Source of the DNA: Amphiscolops sp. MND2022
Lineage: Eukaryota
Direction of reading: 5' to 3'
Length of the DNA: 64,000 nucleotides
Assembly: GCA_964187785.1 (NCBI GenBank)
Contig: OZ076418.1
Location: 9,982,001 to 10,046,000, forward strand
The translations under genes were made by a program, and so were the position numbers. A model generated the notes under the pieces. The model was given only the letters and a program-made list of their open reading frames with translations, had not been told where the DNA came from and ran no database searches. The stretch's first letter is position 1, and each line of letters begins with the position of its first letter. Of the stretch, positions 13,501 to 24,683 are shown piece by piece.

Positions 13501-16500
13501 AAGTCGCATAGTGCCAAAAAATTGTAAAAGGGGCCCTTTGGGAGGTTTTGAACATCCATTCTTATGCAAAATAGAAAAAAAATGAAGGGTGGACCCTTTG
13601 GAGACATTAAAAAAATTTGCGAAAAAAGTCTCACAAAGCCGAAAAAAACCTGCACAAAAAAATTTGATCAAGGACGGGACTCGAACCCACGTCCTTCTGC
13701 TTGGCAGACCTCAAAAAGCTTAATTAACCTCTATGCCAAGTGCCAGCAGTGATAGCTAGCGTTGCGGTTACTGTTAGTGCAGTTACTGTAAGTCAGCTCA
13801 GCTATTTATAACTCTTTATAAAATCTGTCAGTTCGTTGGTCTTAAAAAAAGTCACTACTATAGTCTGCGTTTTTCTTCGAAAAGCGCCGACTAAAAATGG
13901 CAGCAGTTTGGAAACTTTTTCCTTTTCCCCCACACTTTGCTAGATGACATTGCTTTAGCAATTAATTTGCTCTCAATTGTGTTTCCAATGAAACATTTCA
14001 GGTAATTTCAATAAATATAATCTCTTTTTTAGTCGGCGCTTTTCTTAAGAAAAGAGCCCGACTATCACAGTCACTCGTTTTTTTTTAAATATTGAAAAGT
14101 CTTTTAAACATTTGTTCAGCTCACTTCCCGTTTTATCCTCATTCGCAAAAATGAATTTCGCAAAATTGCATGTTAGCGTGAACGAAAAAAATGAATTATG
14201 GTTGACAGTTACTTGTGTGAGTTCATGTGGAGACAAAACAATGAGAAAATAATTTGAAGAAATATAACCGATATAGCCAAATACAATCCTTCATCTTGAA
14301 TTTTTTCTTTGAAAGTGTGGGGAAAAAGAAAGAGCCACAATTTATTGGTGTAACTGACTCACTCGGGTAGCATATTTGAGGCCCGATCAATTCGGTGACT
14401 ATTAGCGTCAGATATTATTATATCAGTCAATATGTATTTAACTTGATTTATTTGAAGAGGTAAGCATATTTGTTGTATGGCTCAGTCGCTTCGCTCCCTT
14501 CGCCAAGTAGCAACATTGAGGCATGGCCATATGGCACGTCGCTCCGCTTTGCTTCGCACTTGCATTTAGGGCACTAGGGGTATGTGAATATAGCTGACTA
14601 CGTTATAATAATAATTTTGATGGACAAATTTTCGGGCCTCAGATAACATTTCATTATCGGGCCTCAGTTTTTCGGGCCTAAATAAACGTTTCCACTCACT
14701 CACTCACCTTAATGGCCTCCAAGCCCCCGTAGTCGACACAGCTGTTGAGTAGGACGACTAGCACTCGGCTGAACTGTTTGATGTAGTCACAACATAACTG
14801 TTTCCTGCCCCTCACAGTGAGGTACAGCCACCCGTCGTTGTCTTCTACCACCTACGAACAACACACAGCTTCTTATTTTCCGCCCTCACAAACTTATGTG
14901 ATTGTTTTGAACTTCAAATTTTCTGTTAAAAATTAACTCAGTGATAATACATTCAATTTAGTCACGGTGGCCCAGTTGGTAGGGCGTCCGCCTGGCAGTC
15001 AGTAGGTCGTGGGTTCGAACCCGGGCTGGAGCCTGAATTATTCTGCTTTCCCAAGCAATGCACGACGCCTTCGCTATACTTTTTCGCAATACGAGTGTGG
15101 TGGAAAATATCGGGGTGCTTAGCGGGCGTTTTGGTAAAGAAACCAGCTCCAAACCTTCGGTACACACCAAGATTTCACCAACGAAAAAATGCTGCAAATA
15201 AAATTCAAAAAGTATATTATTTTTACGTAAGTTTTCAGGATGAAATTAACCACGAGAAAAATATGCCGGGAAAATCTTCCAATTTCAAACGAATTTTCAG
15301 AACAAACTTTTCAATTTTGAAAAACTAGATAATTTTGCCTGACAGCATCTGAACTTTGGACCATAAGCTTTGTTATTTACTTAGTGAGCGGTGAATACCT
15401 TTTGCATTATACGACTTAAGATCTTTCGCGAATCAAACACTCGTTCGCTCTATGTCAATAAAAATGCACCCATTGCTGTTGAGAGAGTTAGGTTAAATGC
15501 TAAGAGAGATTTAGTTTGTCGATATTTTGGTGAGGAAAAATTCACTGGGGGAAATTAACGGAAAATGTCCACCACAATTTTCAACAGTTTATAGGAGAAT
15601 CCTTGAATGGTTGTTTATTCGCTAGTACAGTGAACCCTCGATTATCCGCCACCTTTGGTCAACCACCACAAATCTACGGGGACATTTTCCTATAACACCC
15701 GTGTCTAAGCTCCCTTGATTAACCGCCACTCTCACTTATCCGCCATATCTCGCGCTGGACCGATGGTGGCGGATAATCGAGGGTTTACTGTATCTTGTAT
15801 CTCGGTGTCCGGAAATGACTCCTAAAGCGGACATTGCGCCCAATAATTATACACACAGTCAACTCTGGTTTATTCGTATCCGGATAATTCGAATCTTCGT
15901 CAAAATCGAATGTATCTGCGAATGTATCATTATCGCGACACCCACACCAATATCATCCGGTTAAATCGTATTTCTCATTATTCGTACTGTTTTATTTGGT
16001 TCCTAGCGATACGAATTAAGCGGATTCAACTGTACAACAATCTTTCAAACTATTGGGCATAATGTCCGCCTTGGGTGTAATGTCCGCTTTTGGCGTATTG
16101 TCCTAGAAACCTGTATCTCAACGAGTATTTTGACCGCTAAGCGTCGTAATTTAGCTATCGCTAACGGTAACTAGCTGTAGCTGAATAACAGCAAATTTGT
16201 CCCTCAACTTTTTGCCTTGATGCTGTTTGGATGGGCTACAAGAAAATGAAGCGGTCACAGATTTAAAAAAATACGAAACCCTTTTCAATTGTGGTATCTA
16301 GATTTTATGAAAATGCCACTACAGCAGTGTCTTGTTTACCTACTGAACTCAGAAATTTGGCAAATCAAAATTTTCCGAACAAAAAACGACTTCGGAAAAA
16401 TATATACACTGCAATGCACCTAATCCGTATCGATAGGGATTGAATGAAACAGCAGGCCAAATAAGCAGATACGAATTAACGTCATCATTATTGCGTGAAA

Positions 16501-19500
16501 TGTAATATCATGATGCGTAAAGCGACAATTCGTACCAAGCGACGATTCGTCCCAAGCGACAATTCGTCCCAAATTCCAAAAAGTGACAATTCGTCCCATT
16601 TTGAAAAGGCGACAATTCGTCCCAATTATTAAAAGCTGCAATTTGTCCTCAATTTAATTGCCAATAAAGACCTTTGTAGTAATGAATCCAGAAAGATTAT
16701 AATTAGAGGCAGGTGCCAACAATTAATTTTAACATTCCACGACTAGTACGTTAAAATGCAACATTTTTTAATTATTCTCACATGGTTCAATGAATTCATT
16801 TGTAGTTGGTTTGATTATTTCTTTCGTTTCAACCTTCAAAAGGTTGGTAATTAGCTGATCAATTAAACAATATGGGACAAATTGCAGCTTTTAATAATTG
16901 GGACGATGTGTCGCCTTTTAAAAATGGGACGAATTGTCGCTTTTTGGAATTTGGGACGATGTGTCGCCTTTTAAAAATGGGACGAATTGTCGCTTGGGAC
17001 GAATTGTCGCTTTTTGGAATTTGGGACGAATTGTCGCTTTTTGGAATTTGGGACGAATTGTCGCTTTTTGGAATTTGGGACGAATTGTCGCTTGGGACGA
17101 ATTGTCGCCCAACCATCATGATGATATTACATTTCACGCAATAATGATGGGGGGATCAGATATATCCGATTCAAAAGATCCGAATTATTCGGACACGAAT
17201 CAAGCGGAGTTCACTGAATAGCGTCAGTGTTTAAACTGATTAGCGATCGAACCACACTGGTCTCGGTAGTTTTTAGTCGGCGCTTTTATTAATAAAAGAG
17301 CCCGACTATTACAGTCACTCGTTTTTTTTTCATTTAAGAAAAGAGCCCGACTATTACAGTCACTCGTTTTTTTTCATTTAAGACAGACTCGAAGCGACGA
17401 ACGCTAAAATTAACGTTCAACTACTAAATACAGTACTACTAAAATACTGGACCGGCAAAGACAAACGGGGAGCGCATTTAGGAAAGTGCAAAGGGTCCCC
17501 CCTTTCAGTTACTCCATTTTTATCGTAAGATACAAAACAGAACGAGACTATAGGGCTTGAGTTTTTTCGGCACTGTGCGACTTTTTTCGATTTTTTTGCC
17601 TCCAAAGGGTCCCCCTTCAAGTTTTTTGATATTTTACAGCACGTTGAAGTTTCAAAAAGCCCAAAGGGTCTTTCTTTCAAGTTTTTCGGCACTATGAGAC
17701 TGGCTCAAAATTCTTTTCGATTTTTCTTTTTTTTCTCAAAAAACCCAAAGGGTCCCCCCTTTTACAATTTCAAAAAGTTTGAGCTTTTTGAGCCTTAGAT
17801 ATGGCGCCAACTTTAGACGTTCCCGTCTTGTTTACAGGACAATATCAAATGCTCTAATTCACCTGGGGACAAATGAAGACCGCATAAGAGGTGACTTTGA
17901 CTGTGGGGTTGTCGATGACGTAACATCTGTACCTAATCACTTCCGTCTGGTCGTCTAGCATGTCAGTGAACGCGGTTGAACTACAGCAAACGGGTTGTAG
18001 TTAGTCAATAGGAACGTGAACCATTTCAGATGTTGAAAGATTTCTTCATTAGACTCAACTATTCAGGAAAAGAATTCATCGTCACTAGTAAGAAAATATG
18101 GGAACATGGGACCAGATGGTAATTGCGACTGAGTAATACGCCTGCAACTTTAAGAAATACTTTGAAAAAACTTTTTTAGACCAGCCAAAATTTTCCAAAA
18201 CAATTAGGTTTTTTCGGTGTTTTCAGTTAAATAAAAGTTTCAGTTAAATGAAAGTGTTTTTCGAGCACGAAAGGCTCCATCTGTATATTTGTCGGCGTTC
18301 TTAGACACTTGAGATTTTTCATGAAAACGTCCAAAGCATATTCCAATCAGAGGCGAAGCCGAGCCTCGCAAACACTTGCGAACTTTTGAAAAGAACTAAT
18401 TTGAGTCGGACAATTTTTCTACTAATTGATCAATTTAAAACAAGACGGGAACGTCTAAAGTCGGTGGTATAGTTAAGGCTCAAAAACCGTAAAGTTAAAA
18501 AATATGCTCAGGACTACTGTTAAAATTTAATCAATTTTACAGTGCCAAAACTACCCGAAGGGATAGGCACGAGACTCGAAAACCACTTTTTCCTCAACTG
18601 TACACAACAAATAATCCATTTCTTTTGGAAAAAATGGGATTTTTTTCTTTAGGAAAAAGTCTCATAGTACCGAAAAACCCAATCGGAGACCTATTGAATT
18701 CACAAAATGCTTTTCCCAAGCCAATAACTTTGTTAAAAGCGAAGGGGCATCATTTAAACGGAAGAGAACTGTTTCGAAAAAGTCACACGTGCCGAAAAAA
18801 GGCCGTACGTCTTTGCACAATTATTGAGAAAACTCTCAGCAGTCCCACATGGCTAAAAGGTAAATCAGAGGTACCCTAAAAACTGGGAAAACGGTTTCAC
18901 TTAACCGAAAACCTCTCAAAAAACGAATAATTGAGAAAAATAATTTTCGAATTTTTTCCAAAAAATGTCTCCGGTAAACCGCATAGTGCCAAAAACCCTG
19001 AGAAGTCCTCTTTGCTCACAAAACGTTTTGTTTCTAGTAAAAATAGAGGAGGCTCCGATGAAAACAAATAAATCAGAAAATAGTCGCTTAGTACCAAAAA
19101 GGCCGGTCTTAAAGAACAAAACTTGGGATATAGCGCAATATTTTCGAACCTCGCCCGACCTCCCCTTTAATGGTACGCAACTTACTTCCAATATAGCGTC
19201 AAAAGTTCGGATATAGCATGCTGAGCCACTGAGAAAACTAATTTCAAGACAAAAATTGATAATTTTTAAGTCTGACAATGCCGAAAAATGTGGAAGGAGA
19301 GACCCTTTGAGCTTTTTCAACAACCAATTTGTTGCAAAATATCAAAAATGCAAGGGCGGACCGTTTGGAGACATGAAAAAATTTTCCAAAAAAAGTCTCA
19401 AAGCTGAAAAAATCTAAAGGGAGGACACTTTAGTCTCGTCCGGTTTTAAACGTTACGTTAAAAATGAAAGGGGGACCATTTGCACTAACTTAGATGCGTT

Positions 19501-22500
19501 TTCGCTGTCCAGCAGTTTAGTAGTTCTGTACAAAGTGTCCACTACGCATACATTCTGTTATCTGCCGAAAAATGACAAAAATTTGGCACTGTAACGGTCG
19601 CGCTCATTTTAAAATGCGACGACTAAAAACAGCACAAAAACGACAATTTGGTTCCCGAAATAAGAATGCTTTTAGGGGAAAATGCCAAGAAGACTTCTTT
19701 AGAAAATAGACCGCATACTCAAGTGTTTTATTCTCATAAAACGCATTCGGTGTCATTCACTAGAAGCCGCGGCTAATACAGACTGCTTTGGAAGCAGCAC
19801 GACTTGTAAAAAAATTAGCGCATACGCACCACTTCGAACACGATAACTCTGGGTTGAAAAGCAAGCATTTAACAACTAGACCGTGACACCTGAACTGTGC
19901 GACTGGTCGGCTGAAACGAGTTGTCGCTCGGAAAAAAAACACCCGTACTTTCCCATAACACTTGCAAGTGTAAAGACGTTTGAAGAAAATCGCACGTGTT
20001 AAGACTTTATAAGAAAATGTACCCGGCTATTAAAGTGACTTCTTTTCGTAGAACCACAGAATGTATGCGTTGCGTCCACTTTTTGAGCACTGTTTGTTCA
20101 CGCCGCCAGTAGTTATTATGCAAGCAGATGGTCGTCGGTTCGATGTCTACCGAAGACTAAATATCTTTTGTTTTGAAACGAAACGTCACGATTTGCAATG
20201 TTCTCCATTTGTTTTTTCGGCACTGTGCAACTTTTTCGAAAATTATTCCACTTCAACAAAGGGCCCTTTCTTCCGGTTTCCCCATGTCTCAACTTCCGAA
20301 AACACGTTTTTCAAGCTTTAAAATTCCCATCTGAGTTTTTCGGCACTGTTGGGACTGTTCTCGAGAATTCTTTCACCTTTTTGGATATTTTTTACCACTC
20401 TGAAAATTATGAAGATTTCCTAAAAGCCACTCTGAACACTGAGACTGTGCTTTTTGAGCTTTAAGCGGGACGTTCTCTTCTTAAGCTAAACTTTTTCATT
20501 TTCTTCAGATAACGGAAAATAATCCAGCTCATGCAGAAGTATCAACAAAATTACGCCATCATTTGTTGAAACGTGTATCTTGGGATTCGCGAATTTTGCT
20601 GATTTCTGTGGTTGTTGTTATCAGGCCTAAATTCAAACTTCCTTCAGAATCATGTTTAATTTCAAATCAACACTCTTTGGATAAGAAAAGTGCACGACTT
20701 TTTACAGTGGCTTTATTTTTCGTCAGACGCCAGGCTTCATACAAAACAGTCGAATTCAGATTTCACTCGGCACCTTTTTTTTCAAAAAAACTGACGTGAG
20801 GATAGAAATTGAAAATTCACATTCCTTGATCCCAAACTGCGTGACGTCATTTTGTGGGCAATGAAATGGAGCTTTTGGAAGGATTCAACTTCCTTCAGAA
20901 ACTGCTGCACATTTCTGCATTTGGTCACTGATGAGCCAGACACGTCCAGTTCAAACACTGGCGGCAGTTTCAGCCCCGGCCTCATCTTGAACAGCACCAG
21001 GACGAAAGTGGGCATCTCAAAGGATTTGGCTACCTGCACGCAGACATGTCCATTCAAGTACATTCACTTTTCTTTCTATACAGTCAAACTCGGATGAAAA
21101 ACTCACAGGGCGGTAAGAAAATAGTTTCTTTTATCAGTTGTCCTATTAACGTAGAAAGTTAAAAGTCTTGCATAAAAGCGGAGGAGTGAAAACGTTTCTT
21201 ATATCCAAATGTTTCTTTCATCCCAGTTCGACAGTACTTATATTAGTACACTCAACTCCGTTTATAACGATTACGTTAATAACGATATTCCGGTTATAGC
21301 GATAGAGTTTCACGGTCCCGGCCACGATGCTAGTATATAACGATTTTCGCCTACAACGATATTCGGATATAACGATTGAAAAACGCCGGTCCCCGGGCGA
21401 TCGTTATAAACGGAGTTGTGTAACAATTTAGGTTACAACTGTAAAAACAATCCCATCTTTTTGAATCAATATTTGCCTGAATTTTAAAAAGCAGTTGAGT
21501 CTACGGTGTTCAGACATTACGCCCAAAACTGATATTACGCCCATCAATTATGGGGACGGTAAACAACGTCCAAAAGTTGTGAAAGTAAATAACTCCTCCT
21601 GTGAAAGTAATATACCTCCACAATTTCTAAAATTGTCAAAATTTAAAATTTCAAACAATTATTTTTCTAAACTAGATAAAATTTACAAGGCCGAGTCACA
21701 CAACAAAAGTTTCAGATTGTTGGGCGTAATGTCCTAGAACCGAGTCAAAGTATCTTTCACCTTGAAGGGTGTTTATAATCAATTGGGTTATGGATATTTG
21801 ACAACTTTCGGATCAAAAAATATTTGAAGTTAGCCTGGTCTCAAAATTGAGCCAAAATGCTCGAAAGTCTATCTCTGATCGCAACATTTAAAATCGAAAT
21901 GGCTCTTAACCCTAAGTGGACCAGGAAATTTCCGGATTCGTCCAAAAATTTGGTGCTGAAACTTTAAACAGCAATATCTCCGGACTGGCTCCGGACTTCG
22001 CGCCAAAACTTAGCACGCCTCGTGTTTCTGACTGCATTTCAGCATGTTTCAAAACATGCTAGGGCCACTTCGACCCAATCTTGATACCAGTGGGATAAAG
22101 TGGCCATAAACGGAAATTAAAAAACGGAAAGTCTGCGCTAATTTTTTTTTTGATTTTTTGGTCCCGTCTTCTTGATTTTGGAGACATCATGTCAATATTC
22201 CGTGAACAGGCATGCAATGCTATGTAATATCGTCTGAAAATCTTCAAGATTTTTAAACCATACGGTCAGCTGGTTCGTTTAGAAGTTTGCAGAAACTGAC
22301 CGGTACGAATTCGTACCAATGGTCCACTTAGGTTTAACAATCATTTTTTGGTGTGATGGTATTACAAACTATTTGTCGTTCGAAGGGTTCTCAGCAATAC
22401 TATTTTCGAACGGTTGCGTTGAAATACTGTAACTTGAGCACAAACAATGATTTCCACTGTTTCTTCACTAATCAATGGTCGGTCCTAATAGAAAAACCGT

Positions 22501-24663
22501 TTATTATACGGGCTGAACAATCGTAATTAGATGATAAAACCATTGAGGGTTTGAATATTTTCAAATAGTGAAACGTGATAGTAACAGTACATATATTAGA
22601 GAGTTAGAAGGATTCCAAACTAGCAGGTATAAGATCTGGTGCCAATTAAACTCCAGGCAATCAGAAAATTTGCCAAGTTGAGTAATACAGTCGTTATTTC
22701 CAGTCATGACTACATGTACATGTAGTTGATGCGCGCATGACTTTTAGATTGCAAGACGCTTACAATTTGCTAGTCTATTTGCTAGTAGTGTCTATTTGCT
22801 ATTAGGTACATGTATTTTGTCAAGGGTTGCTGAATTATTGCTGTTAACTATGGCCATATTGTTCACCTTTACTCATATTGAGTTTTTAAAAGACAAAAAT
22901 ATTCTTTCTTCTATGCCATGTTCAGGACTTAACTCACGACAATGTGCTTTTTTAGGCACTGGGTAACCTTTCGGAATTCTTTTCTTGTCTACAAAAGGCC
23001 CCTTTTGAAAACGTTTGGTTTGTTTTTTTTCGGCACAACGCTACATTTTCTGGAACACTTCCAGAAAAGGGTTCTTGCTTTGGTTTTTTATAATGATTTC
23101 AGACTTTTTAAGCACAAAGGGTCTTCTCTTGGCTTGTTTTTGAAAAGTGCGATTTTTTTCAGAAAGAGCTGCTAAGCGACTTGAAATACTACTGACAGTC
23201 AACTCCGGTTAAATCGTACCCGGATAATTCGGATCTTCGTTTAATTCGTACGCATCTGAGATCCCTATTTCGGGACGACCAAAGTAATATCATCCGGTTA
23301 ATTCGTATTTCTCACTATTCGTACTATTTTATTCGGTCCCTAGCGATACGAATTAGCCGGATTCCACTGTATTTCCTTTTGAGTCCTGACCGGGGCACCA
23401 ACTTATGCCGTTCCCTTCTTGTTTTCATGTTCTCATGTTATCTGGTAATCCACCCACCCACCCACTTCAAGACCGGTTGTACATTGTTACTAGTTTGTTA
23501 TAACCGGGATTGACTCAGGGTTGTGAAAAATATATTTATATTTTCAAATAAATATATATTTTTTTTCAACTCGAACAAATAAAATACATTATTTTTAATG
23601 TTGAATAATTCTTTAGAAATGTTTTGTATAGCTAGCATTGCAATGTTCACTCGCACTTCTAATATTTTAGAGCGTCTCTTCAGTCGTGCAAAGCTGACAC
23701 TTGACGATCGAAGAAAACGAGTGTTGCCAATGCATTTCGAACAACAAGTCTTCCTTATCTGCTAAGAAACGTTTATGGAACATTAAAAATGTTGATAACG
23801 TTGTTGCTAGAATTGGAAAAATGTATTTTTTCCCAATGAAATGCCTATTTTCAAGGGAGTCATTTTCATAAAAGTATTTTTCTTCCAAAATATATTTAAA
23901 TATATTTTTACAACTCTGGGCTGACAGTGTCCTTGCATAGTTTAGCCCATAGATATTAAATATCTTTAGTCGCATTTTTCTCTGTCAGTATTCTATGAAT
24001 GGACATGAGCACCTTAACGTGGTGCATTTTCACAATGAAGCCACAATTAGACTTCTTCATAAAGTAAAACAAAATCTTTCTCAAAACAATGGGTTGTGCC
24101 AGAGTTACGCAAATGAACCTCCCGGATGCAATCAAAACACGATCAGCTTCAGAAAAAAGTTTCAGGTTTTTCAAGTCTTCGTCATTCAGAGAAGTTTCCA
24201 AGGTGTCGAAATTGTTGTTGAGTTTCAAGACATCTTCAGAGGCCGATGTTTCAAACTGGTCTTTGGAAGAACTCGAAAGAAGAGCATCAGATGTACCCTT
24301 GTCCAAAACAACGTTAAAAGAATCGTTTTCGTATCTCAAAGCAGTAGCATCCATTTGCTCGAAATGAAGACCAGGTCTTGACTTGGCGTTTCGTTTCTTC
24401 ATTTGTTTGATTACAGTATCGTTAAGGTCAATGTTCGATAAGGATCTAAATCCAGAGTCAAAAAGTTGTTCGGCAAGCGCGGAGTTCCCGCAACCAATTT
24501 GTAAAACATTGTCTTTGGGTTTGATGTATTTTTCAAGCAAAAGCTTGATGTTTTCGTAGTCGCCGTACCACTCGAAAGGCAAATTGTCCCGTTTCTTGAA
24601 AAACTTTTCCCAGTAATCATCGGCCGAGAAATCGGAAGTTTCTTTTGGAAGCAGCACACTCAT
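1299..24663 (-). CDS. METTL13: METTL13 / eEF1A lysine and N-terminal methyltransferase; 7-exon model join(24019-24663, 20796-21033, 17863-17954, 14708-14851, 11544-12112, 4932-5098, 1299-1540)
   Basis: Exon lengths 645+238+92+144+569+167+242 = 2097 nt = 698 aa + stop. All introns are GT-AG with matching phases (0,1,0,0,2,1). The spliced protein follows METTL13 motif order from MSVLLPKE..YWEKFF..FEWYG..GCGNS through PFLSIGED..RRIVF to a C-terminal DLIASLKF. Confidence 0.9.
3033..3106 (-). pseudogene. tRNA-Glu-like pseudogene / SINE-like head inside AT-rich modular repeat 2240-3240
   Basis: Minus strand GGCGTTCGTGGTCTGGTGGTAAGATGCTTGCTTTTCAACC..GTTCGAACC: A and B boxes and a TTC-type loop, but the acceptor stem does not pair. 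Sister copy at 19818-19890. Confidence 0.55.
3410..3865 (+). mobile_element. non-autonomous Helitron2/Helentron-like element (copy 1)
   Basis: 5' TTTTAGTCGGCGC..hairpin..GCCAGACT; 3' degenerate ATIR plus hairpin GCCG-TTCC-CGGC then T-run. Confidence 0.6.
4932..5098 (-). CDS. METTL13: METTL13 exon 6
   Basis: Acceptor gtgtttag| continues phase 2. RKVDIIVLSNLE..FFASQLQKTSKCILPTGCVFAQ resembles YDVIMFDVD..FLQKVKSILTPEGVF. Donor G|gttggg is weak. Confidence 0.72.
5164..5340. mobile_element. TA-flanked MITE (Tc1/mariner-pogo type); second copy 21081-21234
   Basis: TA|CAGTCAAACTCGG...CCGAGTTCGACTG|TA. Confidence 0.85.
5932..6546 (+). mobile_element. non-autonomous Helitron2/Helentron-like element (copy 2)
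   Basis: 5' TTTTTAGTCGGCGC..AAGCCCGACT; 3' GCACCGACTTTAGAATTCCCGTCTTGTT. Confidence 0.6.
7382..7555. mobile_element. TA-flanked MITE family CAGTCAACTCCG (other copies 15856-16032, 23196-23369, interrupted copy 16407-17216)
   Basis: TA|CAGTCAACTCCG...CGGATTCAACTG|TA with shared internal ATTCGTA repeats. Confidence 0.85.
9960..10931 (-). mobile_element. hAT transposase relic (BED finger + partial catalytic region)
   Basis: From ATG 10823: MNKGRPLDPI*EHF..KCLECG..LVERMR (BED-like). ORF 10021-10557 contains VRWNS..LEPVGVALDAMQAD..AANVLHPKY. Terminus CAGTGTTGG at 10923-10931. Confidence 0.75.
11544..12112 (-). CDS. METTL13: METTL13 exon 5 (start of C-terminal spermidine-synthase-like domain)
   Basis: Acceptor tattttag|, donor AA|gtaagt. 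SELSSSVMAFAPPDL..PFLSIGED..SRRIVF resembles AELSARVMELAP..VPFLSVGGD..FRRLIF. Confidence 0.88.
13336..13897 (-). mobile_element. non-autonomous Helitron2/Helentron-like element (copy 3) with internal tRNA-Gly-like cassette
   Basis: On the minus strand: 5' TTTTTAGTCGGCGCTTTTCGAAGAAAAACGCAGACT; 3' GGCGCCGACT + hairpin GCCGTTCCCGGC + TTGTTT. Cassette at 13666-13745. Confidence 0.7.
14708..14851 (-). CDS. METTL13: METTL13 exon 4
   Basis: Acceptor ttcgtag|, donor AAG|gtgagt. VVEDNDGWLYLTVRGRKQLCCDYIKQFSRVLVVLLNSCVDYGGLEAIK resembles ETEWLFG..EGRKQL...GFRRLITVAL..Y..M..IQ. Confidence 0.87.
14961..15033 (+). pseudogene. tRNA-like head (A and B box), non-pairing stems
   Basis: TGGCCCAGTTGGTAGGGCG..GGGTTCGAACCC. 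Confidence 0.55.
15628..15790. mobile_element. TA-flanked MITE (Tigger/pogo-like TIR)
   Basis: TA|CAGTGAACCCTCGATTATCCGCCACC...GGTGGCGGATAATCGAGGGTTTACTG|TA. Confidence 0.85.
15856..16032. mobile_element. MITE, CAGTCAACTCCG family
   Basis: CAGTCAACTCTGG...CGGATTCAACTG|TA. Confidence 0.8.
16483..17149. mobile_element. foldback-type element with long modular inverted arms, nested in a MITE (16407-17216)
   Basis: Left arm 16483-~16660 (CATCATTATTGCGTGAAATGTAATATC + GCGACAATTCGTCCC repeats) is the reverse complement of right arm ~16860-17149; AT-rich spacer between. Confidence 0.8.
17270..17833 (+). mobile_element. non-autonomous Helitron2/Helentron-like element (copy 4), ~30 bp from the METTL13 exon 3 donor
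   Basis: 5' TTTTTAGTCGGCGCTTTT..AAAAGAGCCCGACT, with this ~45-bp segment tandemly duplicated; 3' GGCGCCAACT + hairpin GACG-TTCC-CGTC + TTGTTT. Confidence 0.7.
17863..17954 (-). CDS. METTL13: METTL13 exon 3
   Basis: Acceptor atgctag|, donor CAG|gtgaat. DQTEVIRYRCYVIDNPTVKVTSYAVFICPQ resembles EPRYTLHVVDSPTV..FAIFIIPQ. Too short for the ORF track. Confidence 0.85.
18437..19629 (-). mobile_element. non-autonomous Helitron2/Helentron-like element (copy 5, ~1.2 kb)
   Basis: 3' end AAACAAGACGGGAACGTCTAAAGTCGG at 18438; degenerate 5' end GCGACGACTAAAAA at ~19616-19629. Confidence 0.55.
19818..19890 (-). pseudogene. tRNA-Glu-like pseudogene / SINE-like head (second copy)
   Basis: Near-identical to 3033-3106 together with its flanks. 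Confidence 0.5.
20796..21033 (-). CDS. METTL13: METTL13 exon 2
   Basis: Acceptor gtgcag|, donor |gtcagt. VAKSFEMPTFVLVLFKMRPG..FEL..FLKEVESFQKLHF matches the METTL13 linker (LPVF.F.MTK..FEL..L.EAV..Q). Confidence 0.85.
21081..21234. mobile_element. TA-flanked MITE, same family as 5164-5340
   Basis: TA|CAGTCAAACTCGG...CAGTTCGACAG|TA; internal sequence shared with 5164-5340. Confidence 0.8.
21249..21420. mobile_element. TA-flanked MITE
   Basis: TA|CACTCAACTCCGTTTATAACGA...TCGTTATAAACGGAGTTGTG|TA. Confidence 0.8.
21504..21742. mobile_element. MITE with ~22-bp TIR
   Basis: CGGTGTTCAGACATTACGCCCA...TGGGCGTAATGTCCTAGAACCG; related partial end at ~16056-16112. Confidence 0.65.
21910..22333. mobile_element. 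piggyBac-type MITE
   Basis: TTAA|CCCTAAGTGGACCA...TGGTCCACTTAGGT|TTAA (TTAA target site, CCC-type terminus). Confidence 0.8.
23196..23369. mobile_element. MITE, CAGTCAACTCCG family
   Basis: CAGTCAACTCCGG...CCGGATTCCACTG|TA. Confidence 0.8.
23516..23918 (+). mobile_element. internally deleted hAT element retaining the dimerisation-domain fragment
   Basis: TIRs CAGGGTTGTGAAAAATATATTTA / CAGAGTTGTAAAAATATATTTA. Plus frame at ~23655-23765 gives TSNILERLFSRAKLTLDDRRKRVLPMHFEQQVFL. 8-bp flanks GATTGACT/GGCTGACA match 5 of 8. Confidence 0.75.
24019..24663 (-). CDS. METTL13: METTL13 exon 1 (N-terminal eEF1A-K55 methyltransferase domain)
   Basis: MSVLLPKETSDFSADDYWEKFFKKR..FEWYGDY..LQIGCGNS..NID..MDAT..DKGT..RVL..GRFICVTLAQ. 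Donor is most likely CAC|gttaag (24018); alternative in-phase donor AAG|gtgctc at 24012. Confidence 0.93.
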
Positions 24664-24683
24664 ACTCTCTGAAGAAATTCACC

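Noticed and set aside
16420-17221. Repetitive ORFs and regularly repeated units resembling a CRISPR array or repeat protein
   Set aside because: Units are adjacent without unique spacers and form the inverted arms of a foldback element; eukaryotic context, no cas genes.
23956-24663. METTL13 as a truncated single-exon 235-aa gene, as in the ORF track
   Set aside because: Six further in-phase exons complete a 698-aa protein; the ORF simply reads into intron 1.
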